Source of the DNA: a virus
Taxonomy: Duplodnaviria > Caudoviricetes
IMG/VR virus record: IMGVR_UViG_3300032221_000294
Coordinates: 35,521-99,520 of that record
Length of the DNA stretch: 64,000 bases
Direction: 5' to 3' (one strand)
This document shows positions 43,856 through 53,923 of the stretch, in pieces. A model generated the notes under the pieces. That model made no database searches. It saw only the letters and a list, made by a program, of their open reading frames with translations, and was not told where the DNA came from. Position 1 is the stretch's first letter, and each line of letters begins with the position of its first letter. The position numbers and the translations under genes are program-made.

Positions 43856-46255
43856 TCAGTTGTACATTGTGCGCTTGATAGCTTCGACGTAGTCAATCCC
43901 TTCGGACTCGACCATCTTCAGAGCTTTTGCGTGAGGATCCAGATCTTCCTCGGCAAACTGGAAGGTTCCGCCAGCGATCTCACCGTAGGAAACCATCGAA
44001 GGAAGCTTGCTCAGAAGGCCAAGCAGTTTCGTGGCAGCCGTTTCACCCTCGGAGAACTCCAGGGTTCCGAAGTCAAGACCTTCGCAGTAGCTTTGAAGCT
44101 CGGACTGAGGCATAATGCCGTCGGTCAGGCGACCATCTTCGTAGATAGACTCAACGAACGAGGCGATTTTCGCTTTGCGAGCGTTCATCTTCTCTTCAGC
44201 GAAGCGGCGCTGGAGTTCGGAATGCTCTTTCTTCAGGCGATCCAGCTCCTCGAAGATGGCGGAGGGGAAACCGTCTGGCTTGGCTTGGGCCATTGAACCC
44301 ATGCCGTAGTCCATACCGCAGTGGTCAGAGGAAAGCTCGTTGAAGTCTTCCTCCTCGTCACCTTCACCGTCTTCGTCGTAAGTTGAACCGAACCCAGTTT
44401 TGGTGTAAGGGTTCTTCTTCTCGCCGTGCTCTTCAGCGAACACACCTCCTGAACGCTTCGTCTTCTGGTTAGGGCCACCGTCAAAGTCGCCGCTCAGATT
44501 GTCCTCGGCGAATGCACCGTCGGGACCAACAACTTGGGCAGCCTCGTCGATTTCATCCATCGCACCGGGAGTAAGTTGCTTCTTAGAAGATTTCTTCTCA
44601 CCTTCGCAATCCTCAGAGAACACACCGCCGGGTCCGGTGATTTCAGCCACACCGCCTTCGAAATGACCGGGTTCCAGTTGACCTTTCTTGACTTTGGCTT
44701 TGCCTTGCGTCAGGTCGTCCACTTCGCCCATGGCAGTTACGCCCAGCTCAGAAGTTGTCTCATCCGCTTCAGGCTCAGCGTAGTTGATCTTACCGCCCTT
44801 GGTGGCTTGACGTCCGGTGCTGCTTGTCTGACGCATTACGCGCATACTTCCGTCTGACATAACGTTGATGGTGTTCACGGCGAACACTTCGTTGTCAGGA
44901 GATTCTTCAGTTTCGGTGGGAATCTTGGTGTCAGCATCTGCGCGGCCAGCAGGGTTTGAACCGGAGGCAGTCTTAGGCTGATTGGGCTCAGGGTAGCTGT
45001 CAGCGTCGGTGTCGTATTGATCACCGTTCATGGTGCGATCTTCACCATCAGCTTGACCCGCCCAGCGAGATTCACCAGTTGCGTTATCTGAACCGTCTTT
45101 GGCAGTTTTCTTCCGGTCGGAATCTTGCTCAGAGTTCTTAGAAGAGCTGACGCGATCGGCCTCCTGCTCTCCACTCTTGGCGGTGTTCATGCGGTCGTCG
45201 CCAACGCCGCTTTTGCCTTCTTTACCGGTCTTCATGCGGTCGGCGTAACCGTTGTCAGACGAACGAGCTGTGTCATAGCGACCAGTCTCGTCATAATTCA
45301 TTTCGTCGCCTTCTTCCATTTCGACCTTTTCGCCAGGGTTAGCCTTGGCTTTGGCCTTCATTTCTTCGGCTTTCTTTCTGAGTGCCGGGGGCAGCTCTTT
45401 GTGTTGTTCGTCGTAGACATTTTCTACAACTTGAACTACTTGGCCGTGGGCACCTTTGGCGTGCTTACGGCTGATTTTTCCGTCTTCCATAAATTGTTCC
45501 TCTGGGAATTGGTCTTCAAGTTCAGCCGTCTGCTGAGTGATTTCGTTGGTTTTGATGCCAGGCTTGGTTTGTTTTCTGCCTTCGGTGAATTGTTGGTTTT
45601 CCCCGGAGTTGGCTTTTTCAGCTGGAGCTTCTGCACCAGCCGCTTGATCCACGTTGGTATCCTGTTGAGTGTCGCTTGCTTCTTGAAGATCTTTGACAGC
45701 GGATGAAACATCTTGTCGAACTTCTTCAAGTTTTTCGCGGAGAATCTCAAGGGGGCTCTTTTCAACGATCAAGGTTGGCCCAAGTTCGTCGTCAAAGATT
45801 TGATCCGGGGACAAAGTTACAGCGAAGTCAAAACACCCTTCCGCCTCATTAAATGAGAAAGGTTCGAGTCCTTTAACCGCAGGTGGTGATGCCCCCAACA
45901 AGGCCAGGTGCCTTGCGCTCCATTTCCCCCCGTGCGGGTTGATTTGGCTGTCCGGAGAATAGAAGGAAATCGATACTTTCCTGTAGTGACCATTCTTGAC
46001 TAACTCTTTTGCTGTGTCTGAAAAGGAGACATCAGCATAAAGGTTTTGTCCTTCTCTTGAAAATCCTTGGATCCACCCGAAAGAAGGCAAACTGTCGTTA
46101 TCCCCCTGGTGGCCAAGAACTATAGGAGCTTCATGGATCGAGGGGTCGTATGTGTCGACAACTTGTTGAAGATCGTCTGGAGAGAATGTCCGCTTAATTC
46201 CTTGAGCAGAGGTTTGATCACCCGCACGAAATACGTGAATTCTTTTAGTGAACAC
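43856..46255 (-). CDS. Mu gpI-like prohead protease fused to a long scaffold
   Basis: IHVFRAG, HEAPIVLGH, GWI, YRKVSISFY, HLALLGASPPAVKGL; acidic linker; C-terminal DYVEAIK. Confidence 0.88.
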   Translation of the reverse strand: MFTKRIHVFRAGDQTSAQGIKRTFSPDDLQQVVDTYDPSIHEAPIVLGHQGDNDSLPSFGWIQGFSREGQNLYADVSFSDTAKELVKNGHYRKVSISFYSPDSQINPHGGKWSARHLALLGASPPAVKGLEPFSFNEAEGCFDFAVTLSPDQIFDDELGPTLIVEKSPLEILREKLEEVRQDVSSAVKDLQEASDTQQDTNVDQAAGAEAPAEKANSGENQQFTEGRKQTKPGIKTNEITQQTAELEDQFPEEQFMEDGKISRKHAKGAHGQVVQVVENVYDEQHKELPPALRKKAEEMKAKAKANPGEKVEMEEGDEMNYDETGRYDTARSSDNGYADRMKTGKEGKSGVGDDRMNTAKSGEQEADRVSSSKNSEQDSDRKKTAKDGSDNATGESRWAGQADGEDRTMNGDQYDTDADSYPEPNQPKTASGSNPAGRADADTKIPTETEESPDNEVFAVNTINVMSDGSMRVMRQTSSTGRQATKGGKINYAEPEADETTSELGVTAMGEVDDLTQGKAKVKKGQLEPGHFEGGVAEITGPGGVFSEDCEGEKKSSKKQLTPGAMDEIDEAAQVVGPDGAFAEDNLSGDFDGGPNQKTKRSGGVFAEEHGEKKNPYTKTGFGSTYDEDGEGDEEEDFNELSSDHCGMDYGMGSMAQAKPDGFPSAIFEELDRLKKEHSELQRRFAEEKMNARKAKIASFVESIYEDGRLTDGIMPQSELQSYCEGLDFGTLEFSEGETAATKLLGLLSKLPSMVSYGEIAGGTFQFAEEDLDPHAKALKMVESEGIDYVEAIKRTMYN

Positions 46256-46282
46256 AGTCTATAAGGGATCTGATAACATTTT

Positions 46283-47680
46283 TTACCCTTCTTCTTCAGC
46301 GATCTGAATTTCCTGCTGATCTGCCGATTCCTCTGCAGGTAGAGCAGTTTCATCAACCGCAACTCCACTTTCATCTCCAAAAATTGAACCAAACAGGTCC
46401 TGATCTTCCTCAGGGTTGAAGGTCGTTGCTGAAGCGGTGTCAGCCGGCCCACCACTCTCTTTCTTATCGTCCAGTTCAACGCGGAAGTGCCGCTCTATCC
46501 ATTCTTTCTTTGGTGTGAAACCAGATTGAATGAGCAGAGAAACGTCCGGCATTGTTAGAGTTGACTCCTCAATCCGAAATTCTCGTGTGAGAACGGGAGC
46601 AGCAACGTCAGTTCCGAAGTTCAGATCGACGATCCACCGAACAAGAGTTTGCGTGAGATTCTGTGAGATAATCTCAGAAAGTTCCGACGCTTTGACAATT
46701 CTAACAACGTTCGCAACTTGAGAGGAAGCACGAGAGCCAGCCTCGGCTTGACCTGCTTCATTCTCCCCACACAGTAGAACGCTAATTTCTTTGTCAATAT
46801 AATCGATCAGATTCTTGAACACGTCAGGGCTTCCGGTTGGTGTCACGAAGTCTAACTCGTAACCTTCCGGAAGAATCATCGCCGTTTCTTGGCTCAGGTT
46901 GGAAAGGTGATCGTACAGGGTATCGATTTCTTTCGTGCTTGCGCTCAAAGGTGCTTTCGCAACTGCGGTGGGTGTAGCATACCGGTCCCCATAAAGAACG
47001 TACGACTCAATCGCCCTGCGACGAAATTTGACGAGTGGGTACAGAATGCGGCCCAAAGATGAGCCGTAGGGGTCACCGTTGTGAGACACCCAGTAGCGGT
47101 TAACGATGAATTTGCGCGTCGGAAGCTCCACACCCTCGAACATTCGGTTGAATGTCAGGCAACGCATTGTGAATCCCGTCTGAGCATTCTCCTGTTCCTG
47201 GAAAACGAAGCGACGCTGATCACGCATACGAACGTCAAACGGAACCACGCCCCTTTTCGTCTTTTTCCACATCACTTCTCCAACGGAGAAGCCGGTGATA
47301 ATTGCTTCGGCTAAACCTTTATAGATCTCATCTAGAGGGATTTCTTCAAGAACTTCGCTTACAAAATCCCTTACGGCAATGTCGCCCGGTTTATCGCTGT
47401 ATTGCTCGACGTACCATGGGCGAGACGTAACTTCTTGAACAAGTTTGGCGAAACAGCCTTGAACCTGCTCGTCGTAAAGAAGGCGCTGATATACAACTAG
47501 GGCGCGGTTCCCGCCCTTTTGAATGAGGAGATCGTCGTTTGGTCTGACGATTGTGTTACCTTGACCAGTGAACGGGCTGCTAGACCCGAACATGTAAATC
47601 GAAGATAAATTATAGGGATCAGAAGTATAACGTGCTACTTCTCCCGATGGCACTGGGGCTGTTTTGAATCTTTGAGCCAT
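46283..47680 (-). CDS. Portal protein (DUF935/Mu gp29-like)
   Basis: DEQVQG...SRPW, AIITGFSVGEVMW, DPYGSSL.R.LY, IDYIDKEIS..LCG, GSRA. Confidence 0.9.
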   Translation of the reverse strand: MAQRFKTAPVPSGEVARYTSDPYNLSSIYMFGSSSPFTGQGNTIVRPNDDLLIQKGGNRALVVYQRLLYDEQVQGCFAKLVQEVTSRPWYVEQYSDKPGDIAVRDFVSEVLEEIPLDEIYKGLAEAIITGFSVGEVMWKKTKRGVVPFDVRMRDQRRFVFQEQENAQTGFTMRCLTFNRMFEGVELPTRKFIVNRYWVSHNGDPYGSSLGRILYPLVKFRRRAIESYVLYGDRYATPTAVAKAPLSASTKEIDTLYDHLSNLSQETAMILPEGYELDFVTPTGSPDVFKNLIDYIDKEISVLLCGENEAGQAEAGSRASSQVANVVRIVKASELSEIISQNLTQTLVRWIVDLNFGTDVAAPVLTREFRIEESTLTMPDVSLLIQSGFTPKKEWIERHFRVELDDKKESGGPADTASATTFNPEEDQDLFGSIFGDESGVAVDETALPAEESADQQEIQIAEEEG

Positions 47681-47697
47681 CCAATCCTCTGGTAGTT

Positions 47698-47877
47698 CTA
47701 GTCCTTATTGATAGTTTTACCCTCGACGGAGTCTGGAAAATTCTGCGAGATGTAATTTTCTAACTTTTCCAGGATCCGAGAATATTCGTCGTAAAGGCTT
47801 TCGCTTGACGTTTGGCCCATGTAATTTCGGCAAGCCGAGATTAACCGGTAGATATCTTTTTCTTGTAATGAGTACAT
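47698..47877 (-). CDS. 59-aa hypothetical protein
   Basis: Manual translation MYSLQEKDIYRLISACRNYMGQTSSESLYDEYSRILEKLENY...; TAATG coupling; missed by the track. Confidence 0.6.
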   Translation of the reverse strand: MYSLQEKDIYRLISACRNYMGQTSSESLYDEYSRILEKLENYISQNFPDSVEGKTINKD

Positions 47878-48254
47878 TAGTTTGCTAGAGTGAATTGCAT
47901 TGGTGGTTGAGGAACACCGTTCACAGAGTACTGGATAAATACATGATACACACCATCATCTCCCCCAGTTTTCCAGTCACCTGTGACGCTTATATCCGAC
48001 AGTCCGGGCACATTTGCAGAAATCGAAGCCTGCAACTCAGAGTTGACTTGGCCCGGATCCATGACATCCAGAATCCGATCTGCAATACCGTAATTTGCTC
48101 TAATCACCCGTTCGAAGTATCGAGTTTCAACTACGCTGCGCACTTGCTGAGTGATTAACGCGTAATCTACACTTGTTGATAAGTTCCCGTTGACAATCGT
48201 CAAAGGGTACGTAAGTCCGCGAATACTGGAGGATAAAGGTTCTGTTACGCTCAT
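47877..48254 (-). CDS. Baseplate wedge gp25/gpW-like protein
   Basis: GLTYPL...LITQQVRSVVETRYFERVIRANYG. Confidence 0.85.
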   Translation of the reverse strand: MSVTEPLSSSIRGLTYPLTIVNGNLSTSVDYALITQQVRSVVETRYFERVIRANYGIADRILDVMDPGQVNSELQASISANVPGLSDISVTGDWKTGGDDGVYHVFIQYSVNGVPQPPMQFTLAN

Positions 48255-48541
48255 CGGTATCTACGGGAAATTTCAAATTCTAAGTTGTTCAACCTCCTGC
48301 GTATATCCTCGGCGGGAAGGGAACTTTCAATGACTTTGCTGACCTCTTGCCGCATTCCGGTGTGGCTCAAGGATCGATAGTAGGAAGGATCAACCAGATC
48401 CTCTTCTTGTTTTACGCTGGAAAGAAGGGAGAGGCAAAGGGTTTCGGTTGAAACCCCTTGCGCTCTAGCCCTTAGTTCAAGCTGTAGTAGAAGAGAGTCA
48501 GGAATCAGTAGCGTTAATTCCTTGTTCATTGTGACTCTCAT
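48251..48541 (-). CDS. Ribbon-helix-helix-like DNA-binding protein
   Basis: LTLLIPDSLLLQLELRARAQGVSTETL. Confidence 0.55.
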   Translation of the reverse strand: MRVTMNKELTLLIPDSLLLQLELRARAQGVSTETLCLSLLSSVKQEEDLVDPSYYRSLSHTGMRQEVSKVIESSLPAEDIRRRLNNLEFEISRRYR

Positions 48542-48546
48542 TTAGG

Positions 48547-51500
48547 TTAGAAACCGGTATTGTTAGTTCCCAGTCCTTGAGCATTCAGCTCATTCTGCAT
48601 CTGACCAATAGCAACCCGGATCAGATCGATCTGGATTCTTTCCAGTGTTGGAACAGGAGTTACGAACACCTTAGCGTTGATAATTCCGTTCTCGAGTGAG
48701 GCAGGAGGGTTAATCCGAGCATCACAGATAACCTGGAAGGCATCACTTGGGCGAGCGCCGAACAGAGCACCTCGTGAGTACAGCTGGTTCAGAACGCTGT
48801 TGCCAACCGAGATGATCTGGTTGAACGCAACGCCGAAGCCGTCGATCACGTTAAAGATCTGGCTATCGAAGGCATTTCTCAGCGAACCGTAAACAACGTT
48901 CAGAATGACGCGGGTGTTTACGAACTGATACAGGCGCTGTTGAGCATCGGCCGAGTTGACGCGAGTTCTTCCACCCCAGACAAACACCGCGCTGGTTGGG
49001 TAACCAGGCAGGGTACGGATTGCGTTGCAACCGTCTGGATTCAGCAGGTTCTGCTGAGCCGAGTTGATCGGAATCTGGGCAGACACGGCGTCGGCAAGTT
49101 GATACTTGACGCCGGCAGGTGGGAACTGGTAACCTTCAGCACGGTAACGACGCAGGGCGATTCCAGTCACGTAAGGTGAAGGGGGAATCCACTGACCTGA
49201 AGCGTTCTCGATGTAAGGACCGTAGTAAGCGATGAAGCCAAAGGGTTGGAAATAACGCTGACTATCTGTGTACAGACGGTTCACGTTGTCTACACCGGCT
49301 TCGATGAACTCAGCCTGAGGAACACCGTTGAAACCAACTCCACGAAGAGCATCGTTGATGATTTCTGTGGAGGTGATTGGGTCGAAACGCCAGAGAACAC
49401 TCGGGGGAGTTGTCTCAGGTGTAAAGTTCAGACCAACCTGTGAACCGTAGCAGGGTTGACCAACGGCAGTTAGATCGCCAGTAGCAGAAACAACCGTCCA
49501 GTTATAGACTGAACCGTTGTAAGTAACCGCGACCCGGTCGCCGGTAACAACGGGGGTTGTTCCGTCAGGTGCAGTACCATCTGCAGTAACTTCGAAGTAA
49601 ACACCTGTAAGTTCAGCGATTTTGTTCTGAACAAAGTCACCGTCGCTGCCGTTCGTAATACCGGTGGCATCAACATAATCTGTAACACCTGAAACAGCAC
49701 CTTCAATCGAGGGTGTGATTGTAGCAACAGGCACGGTCAAACTAGAACCACCACCGAGCAGAGAGCCGGCAACGGAAAGTGTGTCACCCGCAGTGTAACC
49801 AACACCGTTACCGGCGATAGTAACTGTGGAAACAGTGACAGCAGCTGTGATTGTAGCAACAGGAACGCTGGAGCCTGTGACACCGCCGATATCACCGGCA
49901 GAGATTGTCAGGGAGTTACCAGCAGTGTAACCAGTGCCAGCGCCATTCAACACCACGGTCGAAACGGCAACGGGGAGAGTTACCTCATCGACCAGGAAGG
50001 AGAAACCAGTTACTCCGCCAATGTCGCCTGTTAAAGCATCCAGGCTATTGCCGTTGGCGTAACCTGAACCCAAAGCAACGATTACCACATCAATGACGTC
50101 GCCACCCGCGCCAACTTCGATATCGGCAGTAGCGCCAACACCGGTGCCAGTGATATTAGTAAGAGCCACGCCAGAGTAAGTTCCAGGTGTGCCACCTGTA
50201 CCACCTGTGATAACGCCAACGCTAAGGGTGCCAGCAATCAGAGGACCAACTCCTGCAGTTTGTGTAACAGTTACGTTACCAGTAGCAGCAGAACCTGTAC
50301 CACCATTCAAAGCAACAGCGGTGTAGGTGTTGGTGTAAACAGCAGCAGCAACATCCACGGTGCCAGCACCAGGAACACGTGTTCCAAGGGTAGCAATAGG
50401 TCCGGTCGTGCTAGCAACTTTAACAACGTTAAGAGTTGCGTCAATTCCAGTTCCACCGGTAGTAGCAACAACGTTGTAAGTCCCAGCTGAACCGCCAGCA
50501 CCACCGGTTGAAGAGCCAAGAGTAGCTACAGGACCTGTGGTTGTAGGCGCAGAAGGATCGTAATCTCCCCCAAAAATTGGGTCGATTGAAGGAACCAGGA
50601 ATGCTTGCGACGCAAAGTTCTGATCAACGGTTGGTGTGCAATACCAGTTTTCCAGCGTTGTGGAAGCGGAACCAGGAGCTGTAAGAATAAGCTCAGGGAG
50701 CCACCCAGCGTTGGGGTCTTCACCGAACGGGGAAACAAGACCAACACCAAGAGCTGTCAGACTATTGCTGAAGAAGATTGAAACAGCAGGGTTAGATGCC
50801 AAAGGTGCGGGGGAGGAATCAGCCACAGCAGCTTCAGACGCAATCTGACCGCTGTTTAGACCGTACTTTCTACCACGGACAAACGGAACAACCGACAATT
50901 CAGCAAGAGTAGCCGAGGTTTCCTCACCGCCAAGAACCTTCGTGTAGAAGATTGTGGGGCTGGACACCAAGGAGGCTGTGCCGTTCGGAATTGTTACAAA
51001 GGAACCGCTGGTGTAGGCAGTTAAACTTTCAGCCAGACTAAAGGTGTCGGCATCTACCACGTTAACGTAGTAAAGCGTCTCAGAAACTTTAGTCGTTGCG
51101 CGGAAGAGGCTCACTCCAGCGTCTGTTTTCACCGCTTGTGTGAAGTACAGTTTCTGACCATTTGCCAAACCGTGACCGACACAAGTGATCTGAGCCGTAC
51201 CTGTGTAAGCTCCAGTAGAACCAGCCACCGAGGTGTCGGGATCCAGGATTGTACGAGATACGAAATTCAGGCGGTAGTTCGCGGTAGCGTCTTGAAGGCT
51301 AGCGGGAAGGTGCAGTGTGTTTACATACTGAGCAGAGCCAGTAATGTTCTGCAGGAGGTTTGAAGTTTGACCGTTGATCGTCTGAGGTAGGCTGTAGAAA
51401 GGAACGACGTAAGTGAGGTCACATGTTCCAACGCTTCCGCCGAAGTTAATTGCGTCTACCGGTGTTGTCAGGTTAACTGATCCACCAGCAGCAATAACTT

Positions 51501-53004
51501 CGTTTAGAACAGAGACGGCGCGGGGGGCGTCGTAAGCGAAGAACACGTTATTAAACGAGTAATCACCGGTCGCTGTCAGATCGTAAGGGGGTGCAACCAC
51601 GAAGATTGTCCCGGAGGCTCCAATCTCGCCCAGAATGTCGCCAGTAGCATTGCTAAAGGTAACTTCCTGAATCTGATATGAAACAGGCCAGTAGTTTTGA
51701 ACATCGAGGACAACCATTGTGTCGTCGACGATTGAATCAACCTCAAAAGAGGCGGAATCCAGGAGACCGACTTTTTCGCCAGCGGCAACCGGAGTCGCAG
51801 TCGAAGACTGAGTAACGGCAGTTTCTGCAGTAGGTGAGGCGATCAGAGCTTGATAGGTGAGCTTATCGTAAGATACATCTGCACCAATCCACTCGTAAAT
51901 GGCATTGTCAACCAGGTACTTTAGGCCAGTAACTAGATTAGCAGCAGGCTCATGAGGATTGTATGCGCTGTACTTGTTTACGTCCGTAATTAGGAAAGGA
52001 CCGGGATCAGCAAGTGCCATCCACTTGTAGTTGTTATTGGCGCAATGATCGGCAGCAGCAGCTCCAATCGCAGCACGACCGTCAGCGTCAAACTGCGCGT
52101 ACGCGGTAGGAGTGATCAGGTAACCTTGATCTTGCTGACCGTCGAAAGCAGTGTCGATGCACTGGATGTAATCCTGAGGAACTCTTTCCAGATTCTGTTG
52201 TTGACCAACAATGTTCTGGATGTCGTACACGTTCTGCATGAGAACGTACTGAGCTCCGATCGGCAGCACCAAGGGAACAACGCTCACATTGGAGTCAAAA
52301 GTTGTTCCAGCAATGCTTACGAAAGCATTCTCTGAGTTAGACAGGGGGTCAACCGAAGTTACAAGGCCGAAATCACGAACGTAAACCGAGCTGCTGACGC
52401 TGGGGTTACTCTCGATAGCTGCTGCGATTGCAGTAGCAATAGCCGAAGAGATTCTACGGTTGTTAACCTCGTCGCCAGGAATATAGTCCACCGGAATTGT
52501 AACCGGGACACCCAGCCACTCTCCATCGGCAGTGTAACCTGTAGATCCATCGCCTGCTACGAGACGATTACCGTTGATCACAAGCTGAGAGTAAACAACG
52601 TCTCCAGCCTCTAGATTTGAGGGAAGACCTGCGTTGCTCAGCTTGGTTCCGCTTGGAAGAATCTCGATTTCGACGATTTGGTCAGGAGTTCCAACGCGAA
52701 CAACGCGCAGATCGCCAACCTGTGCGTTCTGGAAAAACTCGTTGATGCAGTTGTAGCTCAGCAAGGGGATCCGAGCTTCGGGAACACTTCCACCAACCAG
52801 GGCGAAATAATCGTTCAACGAAGTGATCGGAACAGGTGTGTTGAAAGGGAATACTGTAACCGGCACTGTTTCTGGAGTTTCCACCAGCATGTAAACAGTG
52901 CTAAAATTAGCAATGTCAGCGTTTGCAACAACACCGGCACGTTCGTTGATGTATACACCAGGAGCGCCGGGGGTTGTTCCACCGCCAAGAGAGAATGTGG
53001 CCAT
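48547..53004 (-). CDS. Contractile tail sheath protein with large insertions
   Basis: APGVYINE N-terminus; YYGPYI...IPPS..VTG, FPPAG, VWGGRT, FVNTRVI, LFGA...AFQVICD..IN C-terminus; start MATFSL at 53004. Confidence 0.92.
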   Translation of the reverse strand: MATFSLGGGTTPGAPGVYINERAGVVANADIANFSTVYMLVETPETVPVTVFPFNTPVPITSLNDYFALVGGSVPEARIPLLSYNCINEFFQNAQVGDLRVVRVGTPDQIVEIEILPSGTKLSNAGLPSNLEAGDVVYSQLVINGNRLVAGDGSTGYTADGEWLGVPVTIPVDYIPGDEVNNRRISSAIATAIAAAIESNPSVSSSVYVRDFGLVTSVDPLSNSENAFVSIAGTTFDSNVSVVPLVLPIGAQYVLMQNVYDIQNIVGQQQNLERVPQDYIQCIDTAFDGQQDQGYLITPTAYAQFDADGRAAIGAAAADHCANNNYKWMALADPGPFLITDVNKYSAYNPHEPAANLVTGLKYLVDNAIYEWIGADVSYDKLTYQALIASPTAETAVTQSSTATPVAAGEKVGLLDSASFEVDSIVDDTMVVLDVQNYWPVSYQIQEVTFSNATGDILGEIGASGTIFVVAPPYDLTATGDYSFNNVFFAYDAPRAVSVLNEVIAAGGSVNLTTPVDAINFGGSVGTCDLTYVVPFYSLPQTINGQTSNLLQNITGSAQYVNTLHLPASLQDATANYRLNFVSRTILDPDTSVAGSTGAYTGTAQITCVGHGLANGQKLYFTQAVKTDAGVSLFRATTKVSETLYYVNVVDADTFSLAESLTAYTSGSFVTIPNGTASLVSSPTIFYTKVLGGEETSATLAELSVVPFVRGRKYGLNSGQIASEAAVADSSPAPLASNPAVSIFFSNSLTALGVGLVSPFGEDPNAGWLPELILTAPGSASTTLENWYCTPTVDQNFASQAFLVPSIDPIFGGDYDPSAPTTTGPVATLGSSTGGAGGSAGTYNVVATTGGTGIDATLNVVKVASTTGPIATLGTRVPGAGTVDVAAAVYTNTYTAVALNGGTGSAATGNVTVTQTAGVGPLIAGTLSVGVITGGTGGTPGTYSGVALTNITGTGVGATADIEVGAGGDVIDVVIVALGSGYANGNSLDALTGDIGGVTGFSFLVDEVTLPVAVSTVVLNGAGTGYTAGNSLTISAGDIGGVTGSSVPVATITAAVTVSTVTIAGNGVGYTAGDTLSVAGSLLGGGSSLTVPVATITPSIEGAVSGVTDYVDATGITNGSDGDFVQNKIAELTGVYFEVTADGTAPDGTTPVVTGDRVAVTYNGSVYNWTVVSATGDLTAVGQPCYGSQVGLNFTPETTPPSVLWRFDPITSTEIINDALRGVGFNGVPQAEFIEAGVDNVNRLYTDSQRYFQPFGFIAYYGPYIENASGQWIPPSPYVTGIALRRYRAEGYQFPPAGVKYQLADAVSAQIPINSAQQNLLNPDGCNAIRTLPGYPTSAVFVWGGRTRVNSADAQQRLYQFVNTRVILNVVYGSLRNAFDSQIFNVIDGFGVAFNQIISVGNSVLNQLYSRGALFGARPSDAFQVICDARINPPASLENGIINAKVFVTPVPTLERIQIDLIRVAIGQMQNELNAQGLGTNNTGF

Positions 53005-53115
53005 TTCTATAAGTAAGAGTTCCTTCTTTCCCTTCAACAGTGTAGGCAAGGATGACTCCTACGTGGTCTCCGTGGAGCTGCTGTTGGGACACGAATGTGT
53101 ACTTACTTTTACCCC

Positions 53116-53478
53116 TTACTGAACCCCGGTAATTGCGGGGAGGCTGTCCGAGCTGTAACCGTTCAGGGATTCCCGTAGGACAACACCCTGTAAAGTATAC
53201 CGATCAAGAGAAGCATTATATTCGCTTTCTGAGTCAAAGGGGAAGATTGCGTCGGGATCAGTTCCCCCGGGATTTGCGGAAATGAACGTCGCTTGTTGAA
53301 GACTCCCCGAAGGGCTCTCAGGATTGGGCAGAAGAATTTGAGCACCAAGGGGCGGAAGTTCAGTAACTGTCCACTGTGGGTTCAACTCAAGGACGGCCCG
53401 ATACTCAAGGGAATTGGTGTAGTACTGATACCCAAGTTTCCTCCAAGTGAACTGAGGCTGAAAGGGGAGTGTAATCAT
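53116..53478 (-). CDS. Tail X/LysM-like baseplate protein
   Basis: TWRKLGYQYY...YRAVLELNP...GAQILLP. Confidence 0.7.
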   Translation of the reverse strand: MITLPFQPQFTWRKLGYQYYTNSLEYRAVLELNPQWTVTELPPLGAQILLPNPESPSGSLQQATFISANPGGTDPDAIFPFDSESEYNASLDRYTLQGVVLRESLNGYSSDSLPAITGVQ

Positions 53479-53480
53479 CT

Positions 53481-53921
53481 TCAGACCATTTTACGTGAGC
53501 GAGCTAAAAGACGAGCGCCGATTGATGTTCCGCGATTAAGGGCAAATCCTTCTTGCTCTGCAACTTTCTTAGCGGCAGCCTCAAGAACAGCTGGGCTGGT
53601 GGGGACGAAAATGTCCTCTTCTTGTGTGCGACTCTGAAGTTTTTTGCGAACGTCGGTTTCAATCTGCTCTTTCTCCACAGCTGGGGGAGCAGGAACCGGC
53701 TCTTCGCTTGGTGTTTGCAGTTCGACCTTCGCAGGCTCGGGTTGTGTTTCCACCTTCGCAGGCTCGGGTTGTGTTTCCACCTTCACTTCGGCTTCAACTT
53801 CAACATCGGTCTTTACTTCTTCGACTTGCGCAGTTTGCGCATAAGCCTCATTAACTTCGGGAGTCGTTGGATTGTCGGCGGTGAATGTACCGTCTGTATC
53901 GTGAGCTCTTTTTCTAGCCAT
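53481..53921 (-). CDS. Glu-rich virion-associated protein
   Basis: MARKRAHDTDGTFTADNPTTPEVNEAY; 27-bp tandem repeat (KVETQPEPA x2). Confidence 0.6.
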   Translation of the reverse strand: MARKRAHDTDGTFTADNPTTPEVNEAYAQTAQVEEVKTDVEVEAEVKVETQPEPAKVETQPEPAKVELQTPSEEPVPAPPAVEKEQIETDVRKKLQSRTQEEDIFVPTSPAVLEAAAKKVAEQEGFALNRGTSIGARLLARSRKMV

Positions 53922-53923
53922 GA

